63,544 nucleotides of DNA from an uncultured Bacillota bacterium (lineage in GTDB: Bacteria > Bacillota_I > Bacilli_A > RF39 > UBA660), in contig CAMXQX010000001.1 in the NCBI GenBank assembly GCA_947246355.1, forward strand, positions 1-63,544, written 5' to 3'. A program made the position numbers and the translations under genes. This document shows positions 18,209 through 27,793 of the stretch, piece after piece. Below the pieces are notes generated by a model, which did no database searches, was not told where the DNA came from, and saw nothing but the letters and a program-made list of their open reading frames with translations. Each line of letters starts with the position of its first letter. Position 1 is the stretch's first letter.

Positions 18209-19404
18209 TGTTTTCTCCTCTCCTTCTTTGCTTCCATTACCGCATCCCGCACCTTTATTTTGCTAGGACAAATATAAGAACAAATCCCACATTCAATACA
18301 AGCATTTGGATTTAATCGCTTTAATGCAGAAGGATTGTTTTTATTTTCTCGAATTAAAGCTGGTGCTATTTTGCTAGGACAATTTTCTGTACATTTTCCA
18401 CATTTAATGCAAGCTTCTTCTTGATCATTTTGTTTTGGAAGTGCCAAAATAGAAGTTGTTGAAGGAAGAATGACATCATGATCCAAATCTACAATTTTTC
18501 CCATCATTGGTCCCCCCATGATGATATCGCTATTTTCCTCTACCCCTTCTACATAGTCCAAAATTTCTTTGATTTTGGTTCCAATTTTGACGTGCACGTT
18601 ACATGGATTTTTCATTTTTTCACCAGAAAAAGTTACAATTCTCTCAAGAAGTGGCTTTTCTTTATATAAAGCTTCTCCCATCGCATGAATGGTAGAAATA
18701 TTACTTACCACAATTCCCTTTTCGATAGGAAGTTTTTTATAATCTGTATGTTTAATATAACGTACCAATGATTTTTCCCAACCCATAGGATATAAATTAG
18801 GAACTTCTACTACTTTTACCTTTGGATAAGTAGAAGTAAGTGTTATCAATTTTTCTTTTAAGAGAGGTTCTTTCGCTTTTATAGCAATAAAACTTTCCTT
18901 AATCTCCAATATATCCATGAGACTGGCAATGGTTTTTATAATGAATAACGCATTTTCCATAATACATGCAAAGTCAGCAGTAATATAAGGTTCACACTCT
19001 ACCGCATTGACGATTAAAGTATGTATTTTAGCATTTTGGTATTTCAAATAAGTAGGAAATCCAGCTCCTCCCATACCACAAATGCCTGCTTCCTTTATTA
19101 AAGAAAGAAATTCTTCCTTGGTATAGGATGTATTCTTTTCTTTGTATTCTTTTTTTTCATGATTATTCTCAATTTGCAGTATTTCCTCGTCTTGCCTCCA
19201 TGTCACTACTCCACTTATAGGAGAAAGGATAGGTAAACCATTTTTCTTTCTTCCAAGTAGAGTTCCTTCTTTCACAACACTTTTATCTGTTATAGAGACA
19301 ATATCCTCTCCTGCAATAGGAAGATAAACATAGGATGGATCTAGATAATATTCTACTTTTTTTAAACTGATTTCCTTTTTCTTTTTTAAAGAAACTCCTA
19401 TCAT
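18205..19404 (-). CDS. rnfC: Rnf complex subunit C
   Basis: 399 aa with an NADH-binding-like GMGGAGFPT motif and two 4Fe-4S motifs, CIKCGKCTENCP and CIECGICSYICP. Confidence 0.9.
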   Translation of the reverse strand: MIGVSLKKKKEISLKKVEYYLDPSYVYLPIAGEDIVSITDKSVVKEGTLLGRKKNGLPILSPISGVVTWRQDEEILQIENNHEKKEYKEKNTSYTKEEFLSLIKEAGICGMGGAGFPTYLKYQNAKIHTLIVNAVECEPYITADFACIMENALFIIKTIASLMDILEIKESFIAIKAKEPLLKEKLITLTSTYPKVKVVEVPNLYPMGWEKSLVRYIKHTDYKKLPIEKGIVVSNISTIHAMGEALYKEKPLLERIVTFSGEKMKNPCNVHVKIGTKIKEILDYVEGVEENSDIIMGGPMMGKIVDLDHDVILPSTTSILALPKQNDQEEACIKCGKCTENCPSKIAPALIRENKNNPSALKRLNPNACIECGICSYICPSKIKVRDAVMEAKKERRKQ

Positions 19405-19422
19405 GTGTTATCACCTTAATCT

Positions 19423-19452
19423 ATTATACTATTTTGAAAGAAAAAAAAGCAA
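19423..19452 (-). promoter_or_regulatory. Candidate sigma-A promoter of the rnf operon
   Basis: Minus strand reads TTGCTT-18 nt-TATAAT, about 20 nt upstream of the rnfC RBS. Confidence 0.45.
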
Positions 19453-19561
19453 GTTTCCTCCTTTTTTTTCATAAAAGATAATAAATTTTGAATAAATTCT
19501 TATAAGTTCTTAAATGCCATTATAACCCTTCTTTATAAACATTTAAAACATTTAAAGTAAA

Positions 19562-19585
19562 GAAAAAGAATGCCTCAGCACTCTT
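19562..19585 (-). terminator. Terminator after rpsP-khpA
   Basis: Minus-strand RNA AGAGUGC-UGAG-GCAUUCU followed by UUUUCUUU. Confidence 0.5.
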
Positions 19586-19827
19586 TAAAACGATTCAAAA
19601 TGAACTTCTATTTTTTTTAAATCATTGGCATAAGCTACGGATTTAGCAAGAGTGCGAATAGAGTTTGCTACTTTTCCATCTTTACCAATCACTGCACCCA
19701 TATCGTCCTCACTCACAAGAACTTCCACTATTGTTTTTTCTTCTTCATCAAATGCCCTCACAGAAACCATATCGGATTTAGATACGATATTTTTCACTAA
19801 AAATGTAACAAAAGGAACAATATTCAT
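19585..19827 (-). CDS. khpA: KH-domain RNA-binding protein (YlqC/KhpA-like)
   Basis: 80 aa containing GAVIGKDGKVANSIRTL (GxxG KH motif). Immediately downstream of rpsP, as in other Firmicutes. Confidence 0.8.
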   Translation of the reverse strand: MNIVPFVTFLVKNIVSKSDMVSVRAFDEEEKTIVEVLVSEDDMGAVIGKDGKVANSIRTLAKSVAYANDLKKIEVHFESF

Positions 19828-19829
19828 TA

Positions 19830-20114
19830 CTATTTTCCTTCTTTTTTTGTCATTTTTTGTTTATGCATTTTTTCTAGGATTCCTTGTTTTTTAAGTAAAT
19901 CTCTTACCGTATCGGTTGCATCTGCGCCATTATTTAGCCACTTCATTGCTTTTTCTTCATCAATTTTTACTTCAGCTGGCTCCATAATAGGATTGTAGGT
20001 TCCTACTGTATCAATGATACGTCCATCTCTTGGACTTCTAGAGTCAGCAGCCACCACACGATAAAATGGTCTTTTTTTGCTTCCCATTCTTTTTAGTCTT
20101 AATTTCACTGCCAT
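19830..20114 (-). CDS. rpsP: 30S ribosomal protein S16
   Basis: Start moved to the ATG at 20114 ([32 protein letters not shown]) with an upstream GAGAGGA RBS. Confidence 0.93.
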   Translation of the reverse strand: MAVKLRLKRMGSKKRPFYRVVAADSRSPRDGRIIDTVGTYNPIMEPAEVKIDEEKAMKWLNNGADATDTVRDLLKKQGILEKMHKQKMTKKEGK

Positions 20115-20254
20115 ATTTTTTCCTCTCTTTCTAACTGCAATCATTATAACATGACAGACCACTACTGTCAACCTTTTTTGGTTGAAACAATCTTCTTTTG
20201 CAATAAATTTTATATAAATAAAAACCTAGCACGTAACACTAGGTTATTCAAGAT

Positions 20255-20803
20255 TTAATCGTTTTTCTCATCAAGATATGTTGTATCAACACTCTCTTCA
20301 ATTTCCTTTAAAACTTCTGCATCCACATCATCTTCGATATCTTCCCATGGTTCTTCATCTTCTTCTATAGCAATTTTCATTTTTTTCTCTCCAACAATTT
20401 CCACACCCAATTCCTTTTCAATATCGAAATTGATACTCCCATCTTCTGTAATATTTACCTTTGTACAGTTTGGTTGACTTAGAGTTCTTACAATAATATC
20501 TGTATCATTGGCATAGTCTCCATTGTCCTTTAGCTTTAAATTAAATAAATCATTGTAATCTATTTTCTTATTTACAACTGCCGTTTTACTATCTCCTTCA
20601 TAAGAATACCAAATATTTACGTCGTAAGAACCATCCACTCCAATTTTATCCCCTGTTTTATATCCTTTAAACTTATGGTTAATGACCCAGCACCCTAAAA
20701 CAGTCGTAGGAAGTGTTTCTGATTTAATAGTATAATTGTTTTTAAAATATTTTTTCCCTTTTCCAATTACTGCTTTTGTAACGATTTCTTTATATGAAGC
20801 CAT
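20255..20803 (-). CDS. cotE: Spore coat morphogenetic protein CotE
   Basis: Start at the ATG at 20803 (MASYKEIVTKAVIGKGKKYF...). Motifs LGCWVINHKF, YDVNIWYSYEGDSKT and LSQPNC match my recollection of B. subtilis CotE, and the C-terminal tail is acidic. Confidence 0.85.
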   Translation of the reverse strand: MASYKEIVTKAVIGKGKKYFKNNYTIKSETLPTTVLGCWVINHKFKGYKTGDKIGVDGSYDVNIWYSYEGDSKTAVVNKKIDYNDLFNLKLKDNGDYANDTDIIVRTLSQPNCTKVNITEDGSINFDIEKELGVEIVGEKKMKIAIEEDEEPWEDIEDDVDAEVLKEIEESVDTTYLDEKND

Positions 20804-20880
20804 TTTATCCCTCCTCAATTTACTGTATGCTTAAAATGGGAAAATGTGCATAAAAAAGAAACGTTTCTTCGTTTCCTCTA

Positions 20881-21810
20881 CTATCGTTTATATCCTCGCA
20901 TACTATTTTCTCTTTCAAAAATTTCTTCTCTATATTGTAACAACAATGGATAACTTTCATCTTTTAGATTATTTTCTTCTATACAGGTAATCAAACAATC
21001 AACCCTATCTCTAAACTCAATCATCTGTTCTTCTGGGAGAGAGCCATATTTTTGTAAATTTCTATGTAAACTTGTTAATCGTGGCATATTTGATTCAAAT
21101 AAATATTGTATTTCGGATTGCTTTGTGTGCTCTTCATATAAAAATCGAACGGTCCTTCCAACATAAGGGGAAGAAACAGTGAGAACAATTCCCAAACCTA
21201 AACCACAAAGCATTTTTTTATGGCGTTGTTTTTTTTCTTGAATTTCTGCTATTTCATCAAGTTGTTCTATTATCTTTTTTTCTGTACTTGCTACATATAC
21301 ATCAATTTTCTCTTCTCTTTTTGTAAAAAAAGTATAACGAAAACCAGATTCTTCTCCCTTTATTTTCTCTTTTTTACTTCTATTTTTTAATTTTTTTCTT
21401 TCCTTTAGAAACTTTAATTTTTCTATCACCTGTTCATTTGTATACGTTTCTTCCTTTTTATTTGCTTTATAATTACAATCGATGCAACAGCTTCCATCTT
21501 TTATGACAATAGTAGTTTCTTTTACAAAATTCTTTTGTTTTCTCTTTAAGAGATTTGCCAATTCGTCATTGTACTCATCACTTGATTTTATATGAATTGC
21601 TGTAATTCCTTCTTCCTGCTGTATTCTATAGAGCATCAATTCCTTATCTTCAATAATCGTACAATCTATAATCAAATTTTCCATACACATTCGTTGAATA
21701 CTAGCTATAATGTCCTTTTTTTCTCTTGATGTGGCTTCTACACCCTTCATCTGATCCCAAGCACTATTTTGTAAAAAAATAATACTTCGTATTACATTAT
21801 TATTTTCCAT
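20881..21810 (-). CDS. Hypothetical protein with one central TM helix
   Basis: 309-aa ORF with a K/E-rich middle and a TM segment (LCGLGLGIVLTVSSPYVG). No family recognised. Confidence 0.55.
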   Translation of the reverse strand: MENNNVIRSIIFLQNSAWDQMKGVEATSREKKDIIASIQRMCMENLIIDCTIIEDKELMLYRIQQEEGITAIHIKSSDEYNDELANLLKRKQKNFVKETTIVIKDGSCCIDCNYKANKKEETYTNEQVIEKLKFLKERKKLKNRSKKEKIKGEESGFRYTFFTKREEKIDVYVASTEKKIIEQLDEIAEIQEKKQRHKKMLCGLGLGIVLTVSSPYVGRTVRFLYEEHTKQSEIQYLFESNMPRLTSLHRNLQKYGSLPEEQMIEFRDRVDCLITCIEENNLKDESYPLLLQYREEIFERENSMRGYKR

Positions 21811-21870
21811 ATTCTTTCTTTACCTCTATTCTATTTTCCATCACAACAGGAAAAAAGTATACTCATTGTA

Positions 21871-23166
21871 TCAAGAATAAACCGATTCGTCAATTTTCTC
21901 TGCTTCCAAATAAGGATAAGTGAAAGACTGAATTCGAACCTTTTCTATCGAATGGACTTCCTTTAACGTTCCTTTATACTTGACTTGCAAATAATTGTCT
22001 GTATGTCCGATCAGCCACTCCCTGTCTTCCACCTCTGGTAATACAAAAACTTCTTTCCCTATAAATGCACTCATATAAGCACATTCCAATTCCTTGCTTA
22101 TTCTTAAAAGCATTTGCACTCGTTCTTTTTTTATCTTATCCGTTACTTGCTTATTCATAGTAGCTGCCTTTGTTCCTTCTCTTTTCGAATAAGGGAAGAC
22201 ATGAATTTTCGAAAAACGTGCTTGTTTTATTGTATCAATGGTTTCTGCAAAAAGAGCATCACTCTCTTTTGGAAATCCTACAATTACATCTGTGGTGATG
22301 GAAAGATTTGGTCGTAACAAACGAAGTTGTTTAATTTTTTCTAAAAAATACGATTTATCGTATTTTCGATTCATCTGTTTCAAAATCATGTCAGATCCTG
22401 ATTGTAAGGGAATATGTAGATGACTTACGATCTTTTTTTCTTTAGCAAATACATCCATAAATTCTTGATCCAGTTCTGTAATTTCAATAGAAGAAATACG
22501 AATTCTTTCTAATTCTTTTATCTTGACCAACTCTTTTAATAAACTTGAAAGTGAGGTATGTAGGTCTCGCCCATAGTTTCCTGTATGAATTCCTGTTAAA
22601 ACAATTTCTTTTTTACCACAGGCAACCAACTGTTTCACCTCCTGTAATACGAGAGGAACTGGTTTACTGCGGACGTTTCCTCTTACAAAAGGAATAATAC
22701 AGTAAGAACAAAAATTATTGCACCCATCCTGTATTTTCACAAAAGCTCGTGTTCCTTTAAAATGGGTAAGTTGCATATTCTCAAAAGGGGCTTTGCGCAT
22801 ATCTTGCACATCTGTTTTCCTTCTTCTTTTTTGTTTATATTCTTCAATATAATCTATTATCTTCGATTTAAACTGATTGCCCAAAATGATATCTGCCACT
22901 GCCTCTTTTTCAAATCTTTCTTTTTGGTTTTGACTAGAACAACCAGCGACAATGACAATTGCCTTTTCATTCCATTTTCTCGCTTGATGAACCATTTTGA
23001 ATGACTTTTGGTCTGCTGTATTGGTGACAGAGCAAGTATTGATAATAATAATATCCGCTTGTTCCTTTTCCCCCTCCATATAACCATTGGCAAGTAATAC
23101 ATCTCGCATAATATTGGACTCATAAGTATTTACCTTACAGCCCAATGTATAAATATAAAAATACAT
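21871..23166 (-). CDS. mtaB: tRNA methylthiotransferase (MtaB/MiaB-like radical SAM enzyme)
   Basis: 431 aa. UPF0004 N-terminal domain (LGCKVNTYES), radical SAM motif CNNFCSYCIIP, and a TRAM-like C-terminus. Confidence 0.88.
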   Translation of the reverse strand: MYFYIYTLGCKVNTYESNIMRDVLLANGYMEGEKEQADIIIINTCSVTNTADQKSFKMVHQARKWNEKAIVIVAGCSSQNQKERFEKEAVADIILGNQFKSKIIDYIEEYKQKRRRKTDVQDMRKAPFENMQLTHFKGTRAFVKIQDGCNNFCSYCIIPFVRGNVRSKPVPLVLQEVKQLVACGKKEIVLTGIHTGNYGRDLHTSLSSLLKELVKIKELERIRISSIEITELDQEFMDVFAKEKKIVSHLHIPLQSGSDMILKQMNRKYDKSYFLEKIKQLRLLRPNLSITTDVIVGFPKESDALFAETIDTIKQARFSKIHVFPYSKREGTKAATMNKQVTDKIKKERVQMLLRISKELECAYMSAFIGKEVFVLPEVEDREWLIGHTDNYLQVKYKGTLKEVHSIEKVRIQSFTYPYLEAEKIDESVYS

Positions 23167-23193
23167 AAAAAACCTTTCTAAAAATTGATATCT

Positions 23194-24198
23194 CTATAAG
23201 TTCCCTCTAAAATCTTTTAGCGTTTTTAAAAATTCATCGTTTTTCTCCATTTCACTATGAAGAGGATCCATATCAAGAGTTTCTCCGAAGCCCTCTTTTG
23301 GTCTTCTTTTTTTTAATTTGTTTTCTTCTAACAATTCTTCCAATGCCTCTGTTTTCGAAAAGGGAGGCACAGTTGGATAATCCATTTCTTTTTCATCTAG
23401 TTTTCCATAAATAGGCGAAATAAAATCAGTATTTTGAAATTTCTTTTTTTCAAAAGTAGAAACTTTTTCCTGTTTTGGCATAGTAGGAGAAACTTTAGGA
23501 AGCTTTAGCGTTTCCTCCTCGATATCAATGACATCGATATCAGTGTCTTTGTTCTCCTCTTTTTCTATATCTATTTCTGGCAAGTCCTTTTCTAAGTCAA
23601 AAGCGAGAATGGTCCTATCCTCTTTATTTTGTTTTACATCCTGTTCTTTTTCCTTCATCCATTTCTTTTCTTGCTTCTCTTTTTCTTCTATAGTTTTTTC
23701 TTGTTTCACTTCTTCGGATTCAAATTCTATTTCTTCTAAATTTTCATTAAAATCAGCCTTAAACATTTCTACAGTATCAGAAACCGTAGAATCGGCCTTT
23801 TTAAAAGAATCAACAAGTTCTTGGTAACTAATAATCGACTTTTCTTCTTGTTCCTTTTCAAACGACGCTACAGCATCCTCTGGTGTCATCTCTAAATTTT
23901 TCTGCATGGCCTCAAGAACTTTATCTATTTCTAGTTTTGGTTTTTTTACTTCTTCCACAGCTTCTACTTCCTCATCATCTAATTTTGAATTTGTACTTTC
24001 TTTTTCCTCTCTTGGCTTCGCTTTAGATAGAGAGTCAAGAATATCCCCTATTTCTTCTTTATCTTTTTTTCGCTCCTTTATAACAAGATAGATAATACAA
24101 CCAACATTGATTAAAAATAGGAGCAGAATTATTGTAGTTAATAATTTATGCCCTGTGAACAAATTTAACATAATCATAATATCACTCCATAAATTCAT
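23194..24198 (-). CDS. Hypothetical acidic membrane-anchored protein
   Basis: 334-aa ORF: an N-terminal TM helix followed by long E/D/K-rich low-complexity sequence. Start is ambiguous (M1, M8 or M10). Confidence 0.55.
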   Translation of the reverse strand: MNLWSDIMIMLNLFTGHKLLTTIILLLFLINVGCIIYLVIKERKKDKEEIGDILDSLSKAKPREEKESTNSKLDDEEVEAVEEVKKPKLEIDKVLEAMQKNLEMTPEDAVASFEKEQEEKSIISYQELVDSFKKADSTVSDTVEMFKADFNENLEEIEFESEEVKQEKTIEEKEKQEKKWMKEKEQDVKQNKEDRTILAFDLEKDLPEIDIEKEENKDTDIDVIDIEEETLKLPKVSPTMPKQEKVSTFEKKKFQNTDFISPIYGKLDEKEMDYPTVPPFSKTEALEELLEENKLKKRRPKEGFGETLDMDPLHSEMEKNDEFLKTLKDFRGNL

Positions 24199-24895
24199 AA
24201 TTTAAAACACTTAATAAATAAAGAGGAACTGTTTCCGTTCTAAGAATCTGATTTCCTAGATGAACAGGCTCATATCCCATTTGAATGAACATTTCTTCTT
24301 CCTTTTTCGTTAAACCACCTTCGGGTCCAAATACCATATTTATTGTATCATAGTCCCGCTTTGTTTTCATCCATTTTTTAAGACTTTTACATTCACTTTG
24401 CGTTGAACAAAGCATTTTGAGCCCCTTTAAATTTTCAAGGGGATGTGTCTCTTTTAATGGAATAACTTTAGGAATGATAAGCCTTTTGGATTGTTCTGCT
24501 GCTTCTTTTACAATTCGCATCCAGCGTTCTATTTTTTTCATTTCTTTTTCCTCTTTCCATTTAATAAGACTTCTTTCTAAGGGAGTGATTAAAATAGTAT
24601 CCACTCCAAGTTCAGTTGCTTTTTGTAAAATCATATCCATTTTTTGTTCTTTTAAATAAGGAATGCATATAACCTTCTTTATTTTTTCTTTTCTGTGTTC
24701 TTCTTTTTTAGCAAGAAGACGAACTGTGATCTCCTCATCTATATTTTGAACACAAGCAAGATAAAGTATTCCATCAATTACAACTTCTATCTGTTCTTTT
24801 TCTTTCATACGCATCACATGTTTGATATGATGATAATCTAAAGGTTCCAAAATAAAAATATCTTCTTTTTTTTCTTTCGCAAAATAGCGCTGCAT
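24182..24895 (-). CDS. rsmE: 16S rRNA (uracil1498-N3)-methyltransferase RsmE
   Basis: Start moved to the ATG at 24895 (MQRYFAKE...). C-terminal SPOUT motif FGPEGGLTKKEE...LGNQILRTETV. Confidence 0.88.
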   Translation of the reverse strand: MQRYFAKEKKEDIFILEPLDYHHIKHVMRMKEKEQIEVVIDGILYLACVQNIDEEITVRLLAKKEEHRKEKIKKVICIPYLKEQKMDMILQKATELGVDTILITPLERSLIKWKEEKEMKKIERWMRIVKEAAEQSKRLIIPKVIPLKETHPLENLKGLKMLCSTQSECKSLKKWMKTKRDYDTINMVFGPEGGLTKKEEEMFIQMGYEPVHLGNQILRTETVPLYLLSVLNYEFME

Positions 24896-24896
24896 T

Positions 24897-26030
24897 CTAT
24901 CCCAACTTTCCCTCACTTAATCTCTTATATTCTCTTAAGAAATAATCATCTGTCATTCCTGCGATATAATCGATGGCCATTCTCTTACTATTATTATTTT
25001 TTATATACTCCTCACATTTATAATTTAAAAATGCAGTAAATATTTTTTCATTTGTTTCTTTGTTTTGAATTTGTCTTACATAGGTAGTAAATAAAAAAGT
25101 AAACATCACTTTATATTTATTTCTTTGCTCAGAACTTGTTGCTTTTGCATATATATGCTCATAATTGAATTTTTTTAAGTTTTTAAGTGCATGATACATT
25201 TTACTGGATAAATTGATTTGATTTTTTCCATAACTATTTTCGATCACATCTAAAATAAGAGTATTAATGATTTGCCTATTTTTATCCCCTAGAAGAGATA
25301 CCAGTTCTTTTGGTAATTCTTCCTTTTTAAATACACCTAACCGAACAGCATCTTCAATATCTCTTCCAATATAACCAATAATATCGGCGAGGCGTACCAC
25401 ACAGCCTTCTAGCGTCATCGGATGTAAATGTTTTAACGTATCCAAATCGGTATAACATTTTTCATACTCCTCCAAGAAATTTTCTTTTGTTTTCTCAATT
25501 GGACCATAGGTGCTTTCTAAAAATTCGCCATTATGACACAAAATACCATCCAAGACTTGTACTGATAAATTAAGCCCATGGCCTCCATTTTCTAGATACA
25601 TAAGCGTTCTTACACTTTGGACATTATGGTTAAAGTAGCCTTCCCCCGCTTCTATACTGATTTCATTTAGAATCGCTTCCCCAACATGTCCAAAAGGAAC
25701 ATGTCCTATATCATGGCCTAAAGCAATAGCCTCAATCAAATCTTCGTTTAAAGATAACGCTCTTCCGATCGTTCTTGCAATTTTGCTGACCATCTGTACA
25801 TGGGTCATTCTCTTAGAAATGTTGTCATTTTCACTTTTCGTAAATACTTGTGTTTTATCAATATACCTTGTATAGGCTAAACTATAAATAATACGGTCTG
25901 TATCACGAAAGAAGATAGGTCGGATATCCGCTTCTTCTTTTTTGAGACGAATGGCATTTTTACTTTTGGTTGCATAAGGAGAAAGCATTTCTTCTTTCTG
26001 TATTAATTTTTCTTTGATTTCTTCTAACAT
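24897..26030 (-). CDS. HD-domain dNTP triphosphohydrolase-like protein (dGTPase family)
   Basis: 377 aa. Contains RMTHVQMVSKIARTIG...ALGHDIGHVPFGH (HD motif) and C-terminal DYIAGMTDDYF. Confidence 0.85.
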   Translation of the reverse strand: MLEEIKEKLIQKEEMLSPYATKSKNAIRLKKEEADIRPIFFRDTDRIIYSLAYTRYIDKTQVFTKSENDNISKRMTHVQMVSKIARTIGRALSLNEDLIEAIALGHDIGHVPFGHVGEAILNEISIEAGEGYFNHNVQSVRTLMYLENGGHGLNLSVQVLDGILCHNGEFLESTYGPIEKTKENFLEEYEKCYTDLDTLKHLHPMTLEGCVVRLADIIGYIGRDIEDAVRLGVFKKEELPKELVSLLGDKNRQIINTLILDVIENSYGKNQINLSSKMYHALKNLKKFNYEHIYAKATSSEQRNKYKVMFTFLFTTYVRQIQNKETNEKIFTAFLNYKCEEYIKNNNSKRMAIDYIAGMTDDYFLREYKRLSEGKLG

Positions 26031-26220
26031 ACTACCACCTCCATTTATTTTACCATAGAAAAAGATTTATGGGAGCGATTTCGTAGAAAAAATATCTCTC
26101 TTTTTGCTTCTTAATGCAATTTTACTTTATCGATAAAAGATAAGCTCTACAAATTTTGAAAAAGGTGGTATAATAAAGCCATAGATCGCTGTATGAAAAT
26201 GAAAAGAAAGAAGGAAGAAC

Positions 26221-26898
26221 ATGGAATTTCGTGAAGACTTATTCTTTTCCATTCCAGAATATAAGGGGGATGGAAAGGGTTTACTTACTCTTGGAGAATT
26301 TAAAACCATTACACTAGAAAATGGAAAGAAGATAGAACTATACCCCTATTTACTACAAACCCATTGTACTCGTGGTACCAGCAAGTTGGACCCAAGAAGA
26401 CGTATGACACCGAATGAGGCAATTCCCCAACTGGCAGAAGCGTATGCTGAACACTATAACAATGCAGATCTGGGGGAACATTGGACCAAAGAAGAAGTAG
26501 AAGAAATGCTAGAGTGGCAACTAGGCCAAAGTCTAGGACGCTACTTTTTAATAAAATGGGCAAAGGATTTAGAAACACAAAAAGAATTCCCTATTGGCTT
26601 TTTCTGCAGTTATACAAAACCTTATCAAAGAGGGAAAATGCTTTGGGATGGAGAACTTTTTGTCTTACCAGAGTATCGTAAATATGGAATAGGAACAGAA
26701 CTCGTGGAAGCCTTATTTACTATCGCAAATGAAAATGGAATCTCTTTTATCGAAGGATTAACATATGAAGATGAAAATGGATATCCTTTTCAGTTTTGGC
26801 AAAAACTGGGTATGGAAAGAGATGACCTAATTCATATCTATGGAAATATAAAAGACTCCTTAACAAAGATGGAAAACAAAACAGAAAAGCAGAAGTAA
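26221..26898 (+). CDS. GNAT-family N-acetyltransferase
   Basis: 225 aa with GNAT motif A (LFVLPEYRKYGIGTELVEAL). Plus strand, and visibly more GC-rich than its neighbours. Confidence 0.75.
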   Translation: MEFREDLFFSIPEYKGDGKGLLTLGEFKTITLENGKKIELYPYLLQTHCTRGTSKLDPRRRMTPNEAIPQLAEAYAEHYNNADLGEHWTKEEVEEMLEWQLGQSLGRYFLIKWAKDLETQKEFPIGFFCSYTKPYQRGKMLWDGELFVLPEYRKYGIGTELVEALFTIANENGISFIEGLTYEDENGYPFQFWQKLGMERDDLIHIYGNIKDSLTKMENKTEKQK

Positions 26899-26901
26899 TA
26901 C

Positions 26902-26930
26902 AAAAAAATACAATTTCGGTTGTATTTTTC
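26902..26930. terminator. Bidirectional terminator between the GNAT gene and truB
   Basis: AAAAATACAA-TTTCGG-TTGTATTTTT: a perfect 10-bp stem flanked by A and T runs, between convergent genes. Confidence 0.65.
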
Positions 26931-26931
26931 T

Positions 26932-27792
26932 TTATAACATTTTCCATGGTTTAAGATACGTACTCTCTTTTTCATACGTCTGATAAAGAGCAATTGGCTC
27001 TCCTTGGTACATAAATAGAATTTTATCTTCCTTCTTTTTTTTAGGAAGAAGAGCTCCATTTTTTATTTTTCTATACTCTTCCTCTGTTACTTCCATTTGC
27101 TCTATATCTTGTAAAACCTCTTTTAAAGAAAGAAATTGATAATTTCCATGTTCTATTTCTTCTAAAGAATAGGCATCTTCTATTTTAAATTTTCCTTGTT
27201 TGGTTCTTCTTAGTGTAGTCATGGTTCCTACTGTATCTAGCTTATACGCTATATCACGAATGAGCGAACGAATATACGTTCCTTTACTTACAATAACGCT
27301 TGCCTCTACTATCGTTTTCTTTTTTAGATAATCTACACTTTCTAGTTCCACCTCATGAATAGTCACTTCTCTTTTTGGAGGAACGACTTCTTCGTTATTT
27401 CTTGCATATTCGTATAACTTTTTGCCATTAATTTTAACAGCTGAGTAAAGAGGAACCTCTTGTTCATATATCCCTACCATCTGTTTTAAAACTTCTTCTA
27501 TCTTATCTTTGGAAATAGATACTTCTTCTTCTTTTAAAAGCAGTCCTGTACTATCCAATGTATCGGTTAAAGTTCCTAGTTCTGCTGTAAAAATATATTC
27601 TTTATCTAGCGAGGTTAGAATGTCAACTAGCTTTGTATACTTTCCAATACAAACAACTAAAACACCGGTTGCTAAAGGGTCGAGGGTTCCTGTATGCCCT
27701 ATTTTTTTCGTATGAAAGACTTTTATTAATCGATTAACGACATCACGACTGGTCATCCCTGCCGGTTTATCCACCACTAAAATACCATTCAT
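26932..27792 (-). CDS. truB: tRNA pseudouridine(55) synthase TruB
   Basis: Start at the ATG at 27792 (MNGILVVDKPAGMTS); the tracked start is a TTG. Catalytic motif GHTGTLDPLATGVL. Confidence 0.92.
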   Translation of the reverse strand: MNGILVVDKPAGMTSRDVVNRLIKVFHTKKIGHTGTLDPLATGVLVVCIGKYTKLVDILTSLDKEYIFTAELGTLTDTLDSTGLLLKEEEVSISKDKIEEVLKQMVGIYEQEVPLYSAVKINGKKLYEYARNNEEVVPPKREVTIHEVELESVDYLKKKTIVEASVIVSKGTYIRSLIRDIAYKLDTVGTMTTLRRTKQGKFKIEDAYSLEEIEHGNYQFLSLKEVLQDIEQMEVTEEEYRKIKNGALLPKKKKEDKILFMYQGEPIALYQTYEKESTYLKPWKML

Positions 27793-27793
27793 A

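Noticed and set aside
26127-26578. Minus-strand ORFs of 60 aa and 89 aa, and a plus-strand 66-aa ORF, overlapping the GNAT gene and its upstream region.
   Set aside because: They overlap a CDS with a clear GNAT motif, lack an RBS, and have compositions typical of off-frame translation.
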